In this document: piece after piece, positions 16,938 to 24,298 of the stretch
Layout of the letters: every line of letters starts with the position of its first letter
Position numbering within the stretch: the stretch's first letter is position 1
NCBI GenBank assembly: GCA_043814545.1
Contig: JBDRJY010000004.1
Span: forward strand, 10,788-74,787
Source: an archaeon
GTDB taxonomy: Archaea; Nanobdellota; Nanobdellia; SCGC-AAA011-G17; GW2011-AR17
Length of the DNA stretch: 64,000 nucleotides
Reading direction: 5' to 3'
Notes under the pieces: generated by a model
The model's input: only the letters and a program-made list of their open reading frames with translations
The model's database searches: none
Told to the model about the DNA's origin: nothing
Translations under genes and position numbers: made by a program

Positions 16938-17807
16938 TTATTTATTATAGAATTTTAACTTTTTAATTTTATTATTATCCAATTCTAAGAAAGTATTCAC
17001 TTTCGGTCCAAACCCAGTATTAATACAAACAGTTTTCTTAATCTTAGTTTTACCAAAATGTTCGTGCATATGTCCGCCGATACAAATTACGGGCTGAAAT
17101 TTTTCAATTAATTTACGCGTAACAACTGAACCGTAATGCATACCGTGTCGAGGAGAACTTTTATCAGTTATCTTGTCTATTGGAGTATTATAAGGTACAT
17201 TATGTGAAAGGAAGATTGTTGGATGTTTAGCTTTTTTAAACAAATGACTCATATATTTTATTATATTATTAAATTCTTTTTTTGTTTTTTTAAGTTTTTG
17301 TTTAGAATAACGTTTTAATTCTTTTTTATTCTGTGGAAACTCTGGACCAGAAGATATACCATATCCGATAATATTATACTCTTCAAATTTAATTAATGTA
17401 TGATGACAATTTATGATATTGTCTAAACCTTTTAACATAGGCGTGTAATGGTCTTTGTTCAAAAATTTCCATTCACAATTGGTACATTCGATCCATTCCC
17501 AGTTGCCTGGCACAATAAACACAGGCACATTAAAAGAGTTTAACTTTTCTAAAACTCTTCTACCATTTTTGACAGACTTTAAAATCATTTGTTTAGCTTT
17601 ACGTTTATCAATAAGATCATACCATTCTAAATCAAAATCAGGATCTTCCAACCTTGCCCGAAGAGCTTTAAAGATTAAAGGTTTGGTTTCATCAGAACAG
17701 AAATCTCCTGGAGCTATGATAGCATCAAAATCTTTAAAATGAATCTTAGGTATAGAACCGTGCAAATCACCTACAATGAGAAACTTCATAAGGTAAATAT
17801 TATTCAA
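16938..17807 (-). CDS. Calcineurin-like metallophosphoesterase
   Basis: LIVGDLHG, APGDF, VPGNWE, LSHNVP and GGHMHEH motifs in canonical order. Confidence 0.8.
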   Translation of the reverse strand: MNNIYLMKFLIVGDLHGSIPKIHFKDFDAIIAPGDFCSDETKPLIFKALRARLEDPDFDLEWYDLIDKRKAKQMILKSVKNGRRVLEKLNSFNVPVFIVPGNWEWIECTNCEWKFLNKDHYTPMLKGLDNIINCHHTLIKFEEYNIIGYGISSGPEFPQNKKELKRYSKQKLKKTKKEFNNIIKYMSHLFKKAKHPTIFLSHNVPYNTPIDKITDKSSPRHGMHYGSVVTRKLIEKFQPVICIGGHMHEHFGKTKIKKTVCINTGFGPKVNTFLELDNNKIKKLKFYNK

Positions 17808-17810
17808 TAG

Positions 17811-17820
17811 GTTTATATAT
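17811..17820 (+). promoter_or_regulatory. TATA-like box, probably giving a leaderless transcript
   Basis: GTTTATATAT ends 22 nt before the ATG at 17843. Confidence 0.35.
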
Positions 17821-17842
17821 TTTATTTAAATTCAAAAATGAT

Positions 17843-18154
17843 ATGGGTTTAGAAAAAGTAACAATATATGGAAAGCGAATTGCGGACAAACAGACCCATT
17901 ATGAATCGTATACTTTTGTTGGTTCAGAAAGGGCAACAGTGATTATTCGCGGGGATATTGCAGAAGATTTTTACAAAAAATATGGTAACCCAATGACAGC
18001 TTACGTTCAATTAGAAATACAAGTTGACTTTATTCAAAATTTTCAAAGAGTTAAAGAATGTCAAGATCCATTTCAATCCCCTATGTATCAAATTGGTACC
18101 ATTGATTCTTTAGATGATATTGTTATTATTACTGATCAAAAAGACATAAAATAA
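17843..18154 (+). CDS. Hypothetical protein
   Basis: 103-aa ORF with a promoter-like box at the standard spacing. No recognisable motif. Confidence 0.45.
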   Translation: MGLEKVTIYGKRIADKQTHYESYTFVGSERATVIIRGDIAEDFYKKYGNPMTAYVQLEIQVDFIQNFQRVKECQDPFQSPMYQIGTIDSLDDIVIITDQKDIK

Positions 18155-18200
18155 TTTTATCTCTTAACTAACCTATTTAACCTAAAAAACAAAGGCAAAA

Positions 18201-18218
18201 ACCAAAACCTTTTTAAAG
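18201..18218 (+). promoter_or_regulatory. BRE/TATA-like promoter of the eL34-eL14-pfdA operon
   Basis: ACCAAAACCTTTTTAAAG. Its first 12 nt are identical to the box upstream of the 5S rRNA (24071-24082). TAGGTGA SD at 18247-18253. Confidence 0.45.
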
Positions 18219-18260
18219 ACCCACAAATCCTTAAATTACAATACATTAGGTGAAAATACT

Positions 18261-18524
18261 ATGCCTGCACCAAGACTAAGAACAAAAACATTTAGGAAAG
18301 TTAAGGTTAAAACACCTGGCGGTAAAACTGTTTTACATCATAGATATAGGAAACCGTCTAAGGCAATTTGTGCTATGTGTAAGAAAATTTTGCCTGGCGT
18401 TTCTAACGAAAGGCCTACAAAAATGCAAAACATAGCTAAATCTAAGAAAAGACCTGAACGTCCATATGGTGGCGTATATTGTTCTGCTTGTACTAGGAAA
18501 GTCATAATCGCAAAATCAGAGTAA
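18261..18524 (+). CDS. rpl34e: Large-subunit ribosomal protein eL34
   Basis: RLRTKTFRKVKVKTPGGKTVLHHRYRKPSKAICAMC....RPYGGVYCSACTRKVI is typical of L34e. Confidence 0.92.
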   Translation: MPAPRLRTKTFRKVKVKTPGGKTVLHHRYRKPSKAICAMCKKILPGVSNERPTKMQNIAKSKKRPERPYGGVYCSACTRKVIIAKSE

Positions 18525-18595
18525 ATCTCTTGTTTGTGAATTGCGAAATCCGTTTTGGCGACAAACGAATGGATGTAGCAAATAAGGAGAAAAAA

Positions 18596-18904
18596 ATGGA
18601 TATTGGAAGAGTATGCGTAAAAATCGCTGGCCGTGATGCTGGCAAAACTTGTGTTGTTGTAGACAACCTAGACAAAAACTTTGTTCTTATTGACGGTAAC
18701 ACTCGTAGACGTAAATGTAATGTTACACACTTGCACCCTTTAGATAAAGTTGTTAAGATTAAATCTAAAGAAGATCATAAAGGCGTGTTAGTTGCAATGA
18801 AAGCTGCAAAGATTAAGATTGAAGAAAAAAAGAAAGGCACTAAAGAACGTAAAAAATCTGAAAAACCTAAAAGACAACGTGCCAAATCTATCAAGAAAAA
18901 ATGA
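18596..18904 (+). CDS. rpl14e: Large-subunit ribosomal protein eL14 (KOW)
   Basis: MDIGRVCVKIAGRDAGKTCVVVDNLDKNFVLIDG. AAGGAG SD lies 6 nt upstream of the ATG at 18596. The ORF-track TTG at 18530 adds non-homologous residues. Confidence 0.88.
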   Translation: MDIGRVCVKIAGRDAGKTCVVVDNLDKNFVLIDGNTRRRKCNVTHLHPLDKVVKIKSKEDHKGVLVAMKAAKIKIEEKKKGTKERKKSEKPKRQRAKSIKKK

Positions 18905-19368
18905 ACGATCAAGCACAAAAGTTTATGGAACTTCAACAGTTAGTTAACGAAGTCCAGCAAGCGCAACAACATTTGCAACAATTACAAATGCAAATTGAAG
19001 AGTTGAAAACTTTGGAAGAAGCTATTAAAGGTATTCAAAATAACAAGCCTGGCGACGAAGTTTTGGCCCCATTAGGCAGCGGTATTTTTGTTAAAACAAA
19101 ACTTGAAAATGCTGATAATGTTATTATGGCTGTCGGCAACGGCACTGTGGTTGAAAAACCGATTTCTGAAGCATTAAATCTTGTTTCTGAACAGGTTAAA
19201 GAAATGGAAACAATTTCTGAACAAGTAACTCAACATGTAGAAATGCAAACTTCACACTTAAACGTCTTGCAACAACAGTTCCAGAAAATGCAAGTATGCG
19301 GTCACGATTGTGAATGCGATCATGATAAGGGCGAATGCGACGAAGACCATTGCGGCTGTAACCACTAA
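18901..19368 (+). CDS. pfdA: Prefoldin alpha subunit with Cys/His-rich C-terminal tail
   Basis: N- and C-terminal coiled coils flank two beta hairpins (VLAPLGSGIFVKTKL, VIMAVGNGTVVEK). The last 23 aa are CGHDCECDHDKGECDEDHCGCNH. Confidence 0.8.
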   Translation: MNDQAQKFMELQQLVNEVQQAQQHLQQLQMQIEELKTLEEAIKGIQNNKPGDEVLAPLGSGIFVKTKLENADNVIMAVGNGTVVEKPISEALNLVSEQVKEMETISEQVTQHVEMQTSHLNVLQQQFQKMQVCGHDCECDHDKGECDEDHCGCNH

Positions 19369-19402
19369 ATTTATATAAATTCTTTATTTTCATTTTCTAT
19401 TA

Positions 19403-20707
19403 ATGTTACAGAACGATTTGTTTAATTTTTATACAAGGAAAGATATTTTAAAATGTTTGTTAGATGCATCTCAAGATAGGGAAGTTTCGTACCGTTACGC
19501 TAACGGCGGGTTTGGTAAACGGCCTGACATTTTACAGTTTGAGGGTGATATTATAGAATTGGTTAAGCAAGGCGTATTATCTTTTCACATTTCAGAGGAA
19601 CGTTGGACAAGTCCTTTGGACTTACAGCCCGGCATGACTAAAAGACAGTTGGACGAGTTAAGGAAAGGTTGGGACTTAATCTTAGACATTGACACAGTAT
19701 TTTGGGACTATGCTAAGTATACAGCTTTTTTATTGATTGAAGCTTTAAAGTTTCACGATGTTAAATGTTATTCAATCAAATTTTCAGGTTCAAAGGGTTT
19801 TCATATTGCAGTACCGTTTGAAGCTTTCCCTGATGAAGTTAATGAAATAAAAACTAAAGATTTGTTCCCTGACGGGTTAAGGATTATTGCTGCATACCTT
19901 TCGGATATGATTAAGGAACATTTGACGGCAAAAATATTTGAAAATGATACAATGGAAAATTTGTGTAAGATATCTGGAAAAACAGCTCAAGAACTTTTAA
20001 CCAACGGCAAGTTTGACCCGTTTAAAATCATAGACATTGACACAGTTTTAATTTCTAACAGACATTTGTTTAGAGCACCGTATTCATTACACGAAAAGTT
20101 AGGTTTAATTTCTGTCCCAATAAATCCTAATCATGTTTTAGGTTTTGAAAAAACTATGGCAGAGATTGAAAATATTCAAACTGACGTTCCTTTTTTGGAT
20201 AGAAGTTTAGTAGTAAAAAACGAAGCAAAACAATTTATCATTCAAGCGTTTGACTGGCATTCCAAACAGTTAAAACGTGACGATTACAAAGACGTGTTAA
20301 CTAAACCTCAAACTTACAACTTACCTGAGTTCGCTTTACAGGAAGAATATTTTCCAAACTGTATACAAAACATTTTGAAAGGCGGAATGTCCGACGGTAA
20401 AAAACGTTCATTATTCATCTTAGTAAATTTCTTAAGACATGTTGGCTGGGACAAAGAAAAAATTAAAGAATGTATTAACGAATGGAACGAGAGAAATCCT
20501 GACAAGTTAAAGGAAGGTTATATTCAATCGCAAATAATTTGGAACTTCAGGCAAAAACAACCTATCTTACCTCCAAACTGTGCAAACTCTTCTTATTACA
20601 AAGACTTAAGGTTATGTAACCCTGCTAATTTCTGTGAACGGTTTAGAAACCCGGTAAACTTTGCTTTGAAAAGAAAAATACCTAAGAAAAAGAAAACTCA
20701 TAAATAA
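19403..20707 (+). CDS. priS: Fused archaeo-eukaryotic primase: PriS catalytic domain plus PriL-CTD-like Fe-S domain
   Basis: AEP motifs DLILDID (I), FSGSKGFHI (II) and DIDTVLISNRHLFRAPYSLHEK (III). The C-terminal half carries the PriL-CTD pattern FPNC...GKKRSLFILVNFLRHVGW...PPNC...LC...FC..NPVNF, with four Cys. Confidence 0.85.
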   Translation: MLQNDLFNFYTRKDILKCLLDASQDREVSYRYANGGFGKRPDILQFEGDIIELVKQGVLSFHISEERWTSPLDLQPGMTKRQLDELRKGWDLILDIDTVFWDYAKYTAFLLIEALKFHDVKCYSIKFSGSKGFHIAVPFEAFPDEVNEIKTKDLFPDGLRIIAAYLSDMIKEHLTAKIFENDTMENLCKISGKTAQELLTNGKFDPFKIIDIDTVLISNRHLFRAPYSLHEKLGLISVPINPNHVLGFEKTMAEIENIQTDVPFLDRSLVVKNEAKQFIIQAFDWHSKQLKRDDYKDVLTKPQTYNLPEFALQEEYFPNCIQNILKGGMSDGKKRSLFILVNFLRHVGWDKEKIKECINEWNERNPDKLKEGYIQSQIIWNFRQKQPILPPNCANSSYYKDLRLCNPANFCERFRNPVNFALKRKIPKKKKTHK

Positions 20708-21567
20708 AGTATTTTAGGCTGATCATCCTTTTCACCATGACGAGTAGTACAAACATGAAATTCTGTAGGAGTATAAATTTCTTCATTAAAAAATTTTATA
20801 AATTGTTTTATTGATTGTCCACTAAAAACATCTTCATCAAATAAAACAACTTTTTTACCTTCTAATAATTGAAGTAAATATTTAGTTTCATCTTCAAAGG
20901 TTCGCGGTTTTAGGTCGCCTTTCTTTTGATTTGAATTTCTTAAAACATAAGGTTGTGAATCAGTAAGTAAAGCTAAAGGAAACCCTGCACGGTAACTCCC
21001 ATGTCCGCCCATTATAAGATAATCAAATTCTTCAACTTCTTTGTTTAATAATTTAGTTAATATTCGAATATTTTGGGGATGACTGGCATTAATACTTACT
21101 GAATCCAATCCGTCATAATTGTAAATTTTATGGATAGGTAAACTTCTTTGTTCAATTTCAGTTAACAATTCTTCGGCTTTAACATAATCTCCAGAAAAAC
21201 AATTTAAACAATAATCTTGTGCTAATAATTTTAAGTGAAGAAAATCTTCTTGCGTTATAGCCTCTGAACTTTCTAATCCTATATCAATAATACCTTTTAA
21301 GATTCTTGGTGCCCATAACCAACAATAAAGTGGGTTAAGATTTTCATCTTCTAACTTTGTTTCTAAATGTTTTTTATTATTTTGAATAATATTTCCAAAA
21401 TGACTATTCTGACTTTGAAGAGAAAAATTAGGATAAGAATCTGAGTCTCCAAGTAAAGCATTATTTAATTTCACTTTTCGCCGTTGCGGAACATAATTAA
21501 TTACATTCTCTAAAGCATCTATTACAGTCATATTTTGAGCCATTTTCTTTATTTTAAGCCAAAACAT
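20698..21567 (-). CDS. Hypothetical protein with C-terminal phosphoribosyltransferase-like motif
   Basis: KKVVLFDEDVFSGQS resembles the PRTase PRPP loop. N-terminal half not recognised. The start is more likely the ATG at 21543 (MAQNMTV). Confidence 0.4.
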   Translation of the reverse strand: MFWLKIKKMAQNMTVIDALENVINYVPQRRKVKLNNALLGDSDSYPNFSLQSQNSHFGNIIQNNKKHLETKLEDENLNPLYCWLWAPRILKGIIDIGLESSEAITQEDFLHLKLLAQDYCLNCFSGDYVKAEELLTEIEQRSLPIHKIYNYDGLDSVSINASHPQNIRILTKLLNKEVEEFDYLIMGGHGSYRAGFPLALLTDSQPYVLRNSNQKKGDLKPRTFEDETKYLLQLLEGKKVVLFDEDVFSGQSIKQFIKFFNEEIYTPTEFHVCTTRHGEKDDQPKILYL

Positions 21568-21570
21568 TAC

Positions 21571-21580
21571 CTTTATAAAT
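21571..21580 (+). promoter_or_regulatory. TATA-like box for the PHP gene
   Basis: CTTTATAAAT, the same 10-mer as upstream of the 5S rRNA, ends 30 nt before the ATG at 21611. Confidence 0.4.
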
Positions 21581-21610
21581 ATTTGTTTTTTTACTCCTTG
21601 TTAGGCAAAA

Positions 21611-22747
21611 ATGGATTTAGAAAACATTACCCGCATTGATCCGCATGTACATTCTTTAGCATCTAACATGCCGTTTGATCATACAATGACTCATAGAATG
21701 GGTTTAGTAGACTGTTACAACGACCCTGAACAGGTTTACCGGATTGCTAAATCTAAAGGTATGGACTATGTTCCACTAACTGACCATAATGTTGTTTTTG
21801 AAGCTTTAAAATTAGCTGACAAATATGAGGATGTTATACCTGGTTGCGAGTTTGATGTTAATGTTTCGGGTTTTGAACAACCTTATGGTAAGGTATTTGA
21901 TTCTCAAGTTCCAGTAATACATGTGGTTGTGTTAGGTTTAGATGAACAGAAATATAATCTATTAAACAAGTTTAGGTATGTTGGTTTGGGCGAGTTTTTT
22001 GACATTTTAAATCATTATAAGTTAGCTAACTTCTGGGCGCATCCTGCATACTCTGAACATCCTCAAGCACCAATGACACCTGCTTTAATGGAAGGCATCT
22101 TGTCGTACTTTCGGTGTATCGCTACGCGTAATGGTAATATGAGACGGGAAAACAGGTTGGCTAAAGTTTTGGCTTCGATTCACGATAAAGCATGGGTTGG
22201 TGAAAGCGATTCTCACGTTTACAATACTATTGGGTTAACTTGGACAGGTACTGAAGGTAAAGTTTCGAAGGAAGAGTTTTTGGAACGGTTCAGGGAAGGT
22301 GAAGTTTTTTCAGGCGGTTTACAGGGCACGTTTAAACGCCAGCAAAAAGTTTTTATCGGTGTTAAAGATGAGTTTAGGAAATATGAAGTTTCTTGGTACA
22401 AGCAAAATTCTATTTTAGACAATCTTCAAGATCCAATGAAATATTTCGGGGTAAAATCAATACGAATGTTAAAGTTTCCATTGAACCGCGTTTTAAGTTT
22501 TGAATCGCGCATGCATTGGCTTAACCAATGGCGAAGAATTAGGAAACTTGAAAAAGCTTATATAGTTTATGACAATGGTAAGTATAAACAAAAATTTAAG
22601 AAAATCTCTTCTAAGATTAAACGTTTAGAAAAACAAAATCCTGGCGGCCGATATGATTTAGCTGATGATATTAATTTTACTTTTGGCGAAGAATTAGCTT
22701 TTGAGACTTATTCTATGTTAACATCATTTTGGAAAAGAGATTATTAA
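21611..22747 (+). CDS. PHP-domain metal-dependent phosphoesterase
   Basis: IDPHVHSLAS, PLTDHN, WAHPAY and GESDSH motifs in PHP order. Confidence 0.65.
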   Translation: MDLENITRIDPHVHSLASNMPFDHTMTHRMGLVDCYNDPEQVYRIAKSKGMDYVPLTDHNVVFEALKLADKYEDVIPGCEFDVNVSGFEQPYGKVFDSQVPVIHVVVLGLDEQKYNLLNKFRYVGLGEFFDILNHYKLANFWAHPAYSEHPQAPMTPALMEGILSYFRCIATRNGNMRRENRLAKVLASIHDKAWVGESDSHVYNTIGLTWTGTEGKVSKEEFLERFREGEVFSGGLQGTFKRQQKVFIGVKDEFRKYEVSWYKQNSILDNLQDPMKYFGVKSIRMLKFPLNRVLSFESRMHWLNQWRRIRKLEKAYIVYDNGKYKQKFKKISSKIKRLEKQNPGGRYDLADDINFTFGEELAFETYSMLTSFWKRDY

Positions 22748-23997
22748 TTTGACCCGTACATTTTGTCAACTCTTCTTTGAGCTTCTTGTTGAAGTTTAGT
22801 GTTTAAAACATTAGAGCCTCTATAACCTACACGAACTTTATGTGTTTTTCTTCCTCTTAAAAATTTAAAATAACTTCGTAAAGGCGATAAAGGTTTCTCG
22901 CCGTTCATTTGCAATAAATACCGTTGAGAATTGTCTCCAACTTTGTAAGCTAACCCTGAATCTTTATCATAATCTAAAGCAATAGTTGCCATGAAATCAA
23001 TAACTTCTTTCTCTGTCGGTAATTTGAAACTAGGATATTGTTGCTGAATTTCTGGTAAACGTTCTTCAAGAACAGTTGCAACATGTTCATCTTGTCCACC
23101 TTCGCACATTAACGGTGTGAATTTGTCAAATGTGTCAATTGCATCTAAACAGTATACACCTGCAGCAGGTTCAAGGCCTGCACGTAACTTATAATGCCAT
23201 TTGTAAACTAAGCCCGAACAAATTATTGCAAGGTCGTCAGAAATTCCACGTCCGAACTTTCTTCGAATATAACCTAAGACAACATTTTCAGTCGTAGCTA
23301 AACCATCCATCGGCACTTCAGGTACGATGCCTTTATCTCTCATTTTAGAAATATCATCTTCGCTCCATTCATATGAAGCAAGGTCTTTCAAATCAAGATT
23401 TTCGTTGTTTAATTTTACTAAATCAATAGGTAAACAATAACCGCCACCCATTTTGATACCATAAACTTCTTCAACTTTTTCTCTCCAATTAAAATTATCC
23501 ATGCAAGCACCAAGGTACATTCCAGTTAAGACAGCTTGCCTCCCTTTATTACCACTAATTTCAATGTCAGCTAAAGGGTAAGCTCCGAATAAAATGTTTT
23601 GACCTACTTTAAATTTTGAAACTTTTTTTCCTGTAATAATATCATCCAAGAATAGGTTGAAAATATCAATTTGTTTTTGCCTTTTTTGCATAACTTGTTT
23701 AGGTGTACAATTGATTGCGTTACCTTTATGCAACGCTTCAGTGATAGTATGAAAATTACTGTTAGGGTAAGGTATTTTATACATGCCATGGCCTTGTTCA
23801 GAATGGCCGCAAAGAGTTTGCATTAAAAGTAGTTTAGCAACTTCTTCAGTAGCATCTAATCTTACTCCAAGAAGATTGCTAAAATCAGCGACAGTTTCAT
23901 ATTCATATTGATCTAAAGAAGAATCAGCGAAAGCCTTTTTCCTAAATTTTTTAGGATTCCTATCGATTGTAGGTGGAGGAGATTTTCTCTTTGCCAT
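22744..23997 (-). CDS. Hypothetical 417-aa protein with basic N-terminus
   Basis: I place the start at the ATG at 23997 (MAKRKSPPPT). CTTTATAAAA on this strand (24021-24030) sits 23 nt upstream. The ORF-track extension to 24135 would overlap the 5S rRNA gene and its promoter. No family recognised. Confidence 0.55.
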   Translation of the reverse strand: MAKRKSPPPTIDRNPKKFRKKAFADSSLDQYEYETVADFSNLLGVRLDATEEVAKLLLMQTLCGHSEQGHGMYKIPYPNSNFHTITEALHKGNAINCTPKQVMQKRQKQIDIFNLFLDDIITGKKVSKFKVGQNILFGAYPLADIEISGNKGRQAVLTGMYLGACMDNFNWREKVEEVYGIKMGGGYCLPIDLVKLNNENLDLKDLASYEWSEDDISKMRDKGIVPEVPMDGLATTENVVLGYIRRKFGRGISDDLAIICSGLVYKWHYKLRAGLEPAAGVYCLDAIDTFDKFTPLMCEGGQDEHVATVLEERLPEIQQQYPSFKLPTEKEVIDFMATIALDYDKDSGLAYKVGDNSQRYLLQMNGEKPLSPLRSYFKFLRGRKTHKVRVGYRGSNVLNTKLQQEAQRRVDKMYGSN

Positions 23998-24020
23998 CTT
24001 AAGTTTGAGAATGAGAGGTA

Positions 24021-24030
24021 TTTTATAAAG
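24021..24030 (-). promoter_or_regulatory. TATA-like box for the 417-aa gene
   Basis: Reverse strand reads CTTTATAAAA, 23 nt upstream of the ATG at 23997. Confidence 0.4.
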
Positions 24031-24070
24031 CTTACCTTTGAACGATCTTATTTTGAAACTATTTTCCTTA

Positions 24071-24088
24071 ACCAAAACCTTTATAAAT
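24071..24088 (+). promoter_or_regulatory. BRE/TATA-like promoter of the 5S rRNA
   Basis: ACCAAAACCTTTATAAAT ends about 19 nt before the first paired base of 5S helix I. Confidence 0.5.
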
Positions 24089-24106
24089 CCGGGCAAAGTC
24101 ATAATT

Positions 24107-24224
24107 GTTGGACGGTCAAAGTGGCCTGGTTCCACCGGTTCCCATTTCGAACACCGAAGTGAAATAGGCTTACGTTCCTTTGTTGTACTGCTCTTTGAGC
24201 GGGAAGCTGGGAAAGCTGTCCACC
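24107..24224 (+). rRNA. rrf: 5S ribosomal RNA (stand-alone)
   Basis: CCCATTTCGAACACCGAAGTGAAATAGGC, ACGTTCC..GTACTG and CTGGGAAAG match universal 5S loop and helix elements. The termini pair (24109-24115 TGGACGG with 24216-24222 CTGTCCA, one G-U). A T6 run follows. Confidence 0.9.
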
Positions 24225-24230
24225 TTTTTT
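24225..24230 (+). terminator. Oligo-T terminator after 5S rRNA
   Basis: TTTTTT immediately 3' of the 5S helix I strand. Archaeal terminators are oligo-T tracts. Confidence 0.5.
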
Positions 24231-24264
24231 ATATTCTCTAAAACTTAATTTTTATACTCGAAAT

Positions 24265-24274
24265 CCTTATAAAC
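24265..24274 (+). promoter_or_regulatory. TATA-like box for the structured RNA candidate
   Basis: CCTTATAAAC ends 24 nt before the first base of the closing stem at 24299. Confidence 0.4.
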
Positions 24275-24298
24275 CTAAATATTATAGATAACTATTAC

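Noticed and set aside
18530-18595. Upstream TTG start for eL14 from the ORF track.
   Set aside because: The added residues (MFVNCEIRFGDKRMDVANKEKK) are not part of the eL14 family. ATG 18596 has an AAGGAG SD at ideal spacing.
23998-24135. N-terminal 46 codons of the 463-aa minus-strand ORF.
   Set aside because: This stretch would overlap the 5S rRNA gene and its promoter. An internal ATG at 23997 has a CTTTATAAAA box 23 nt upstream.
24038-24241. 67-aa plus-strand ORF.
   Set aside because: It is the 5S rRNA gene and its flanks read as protein.
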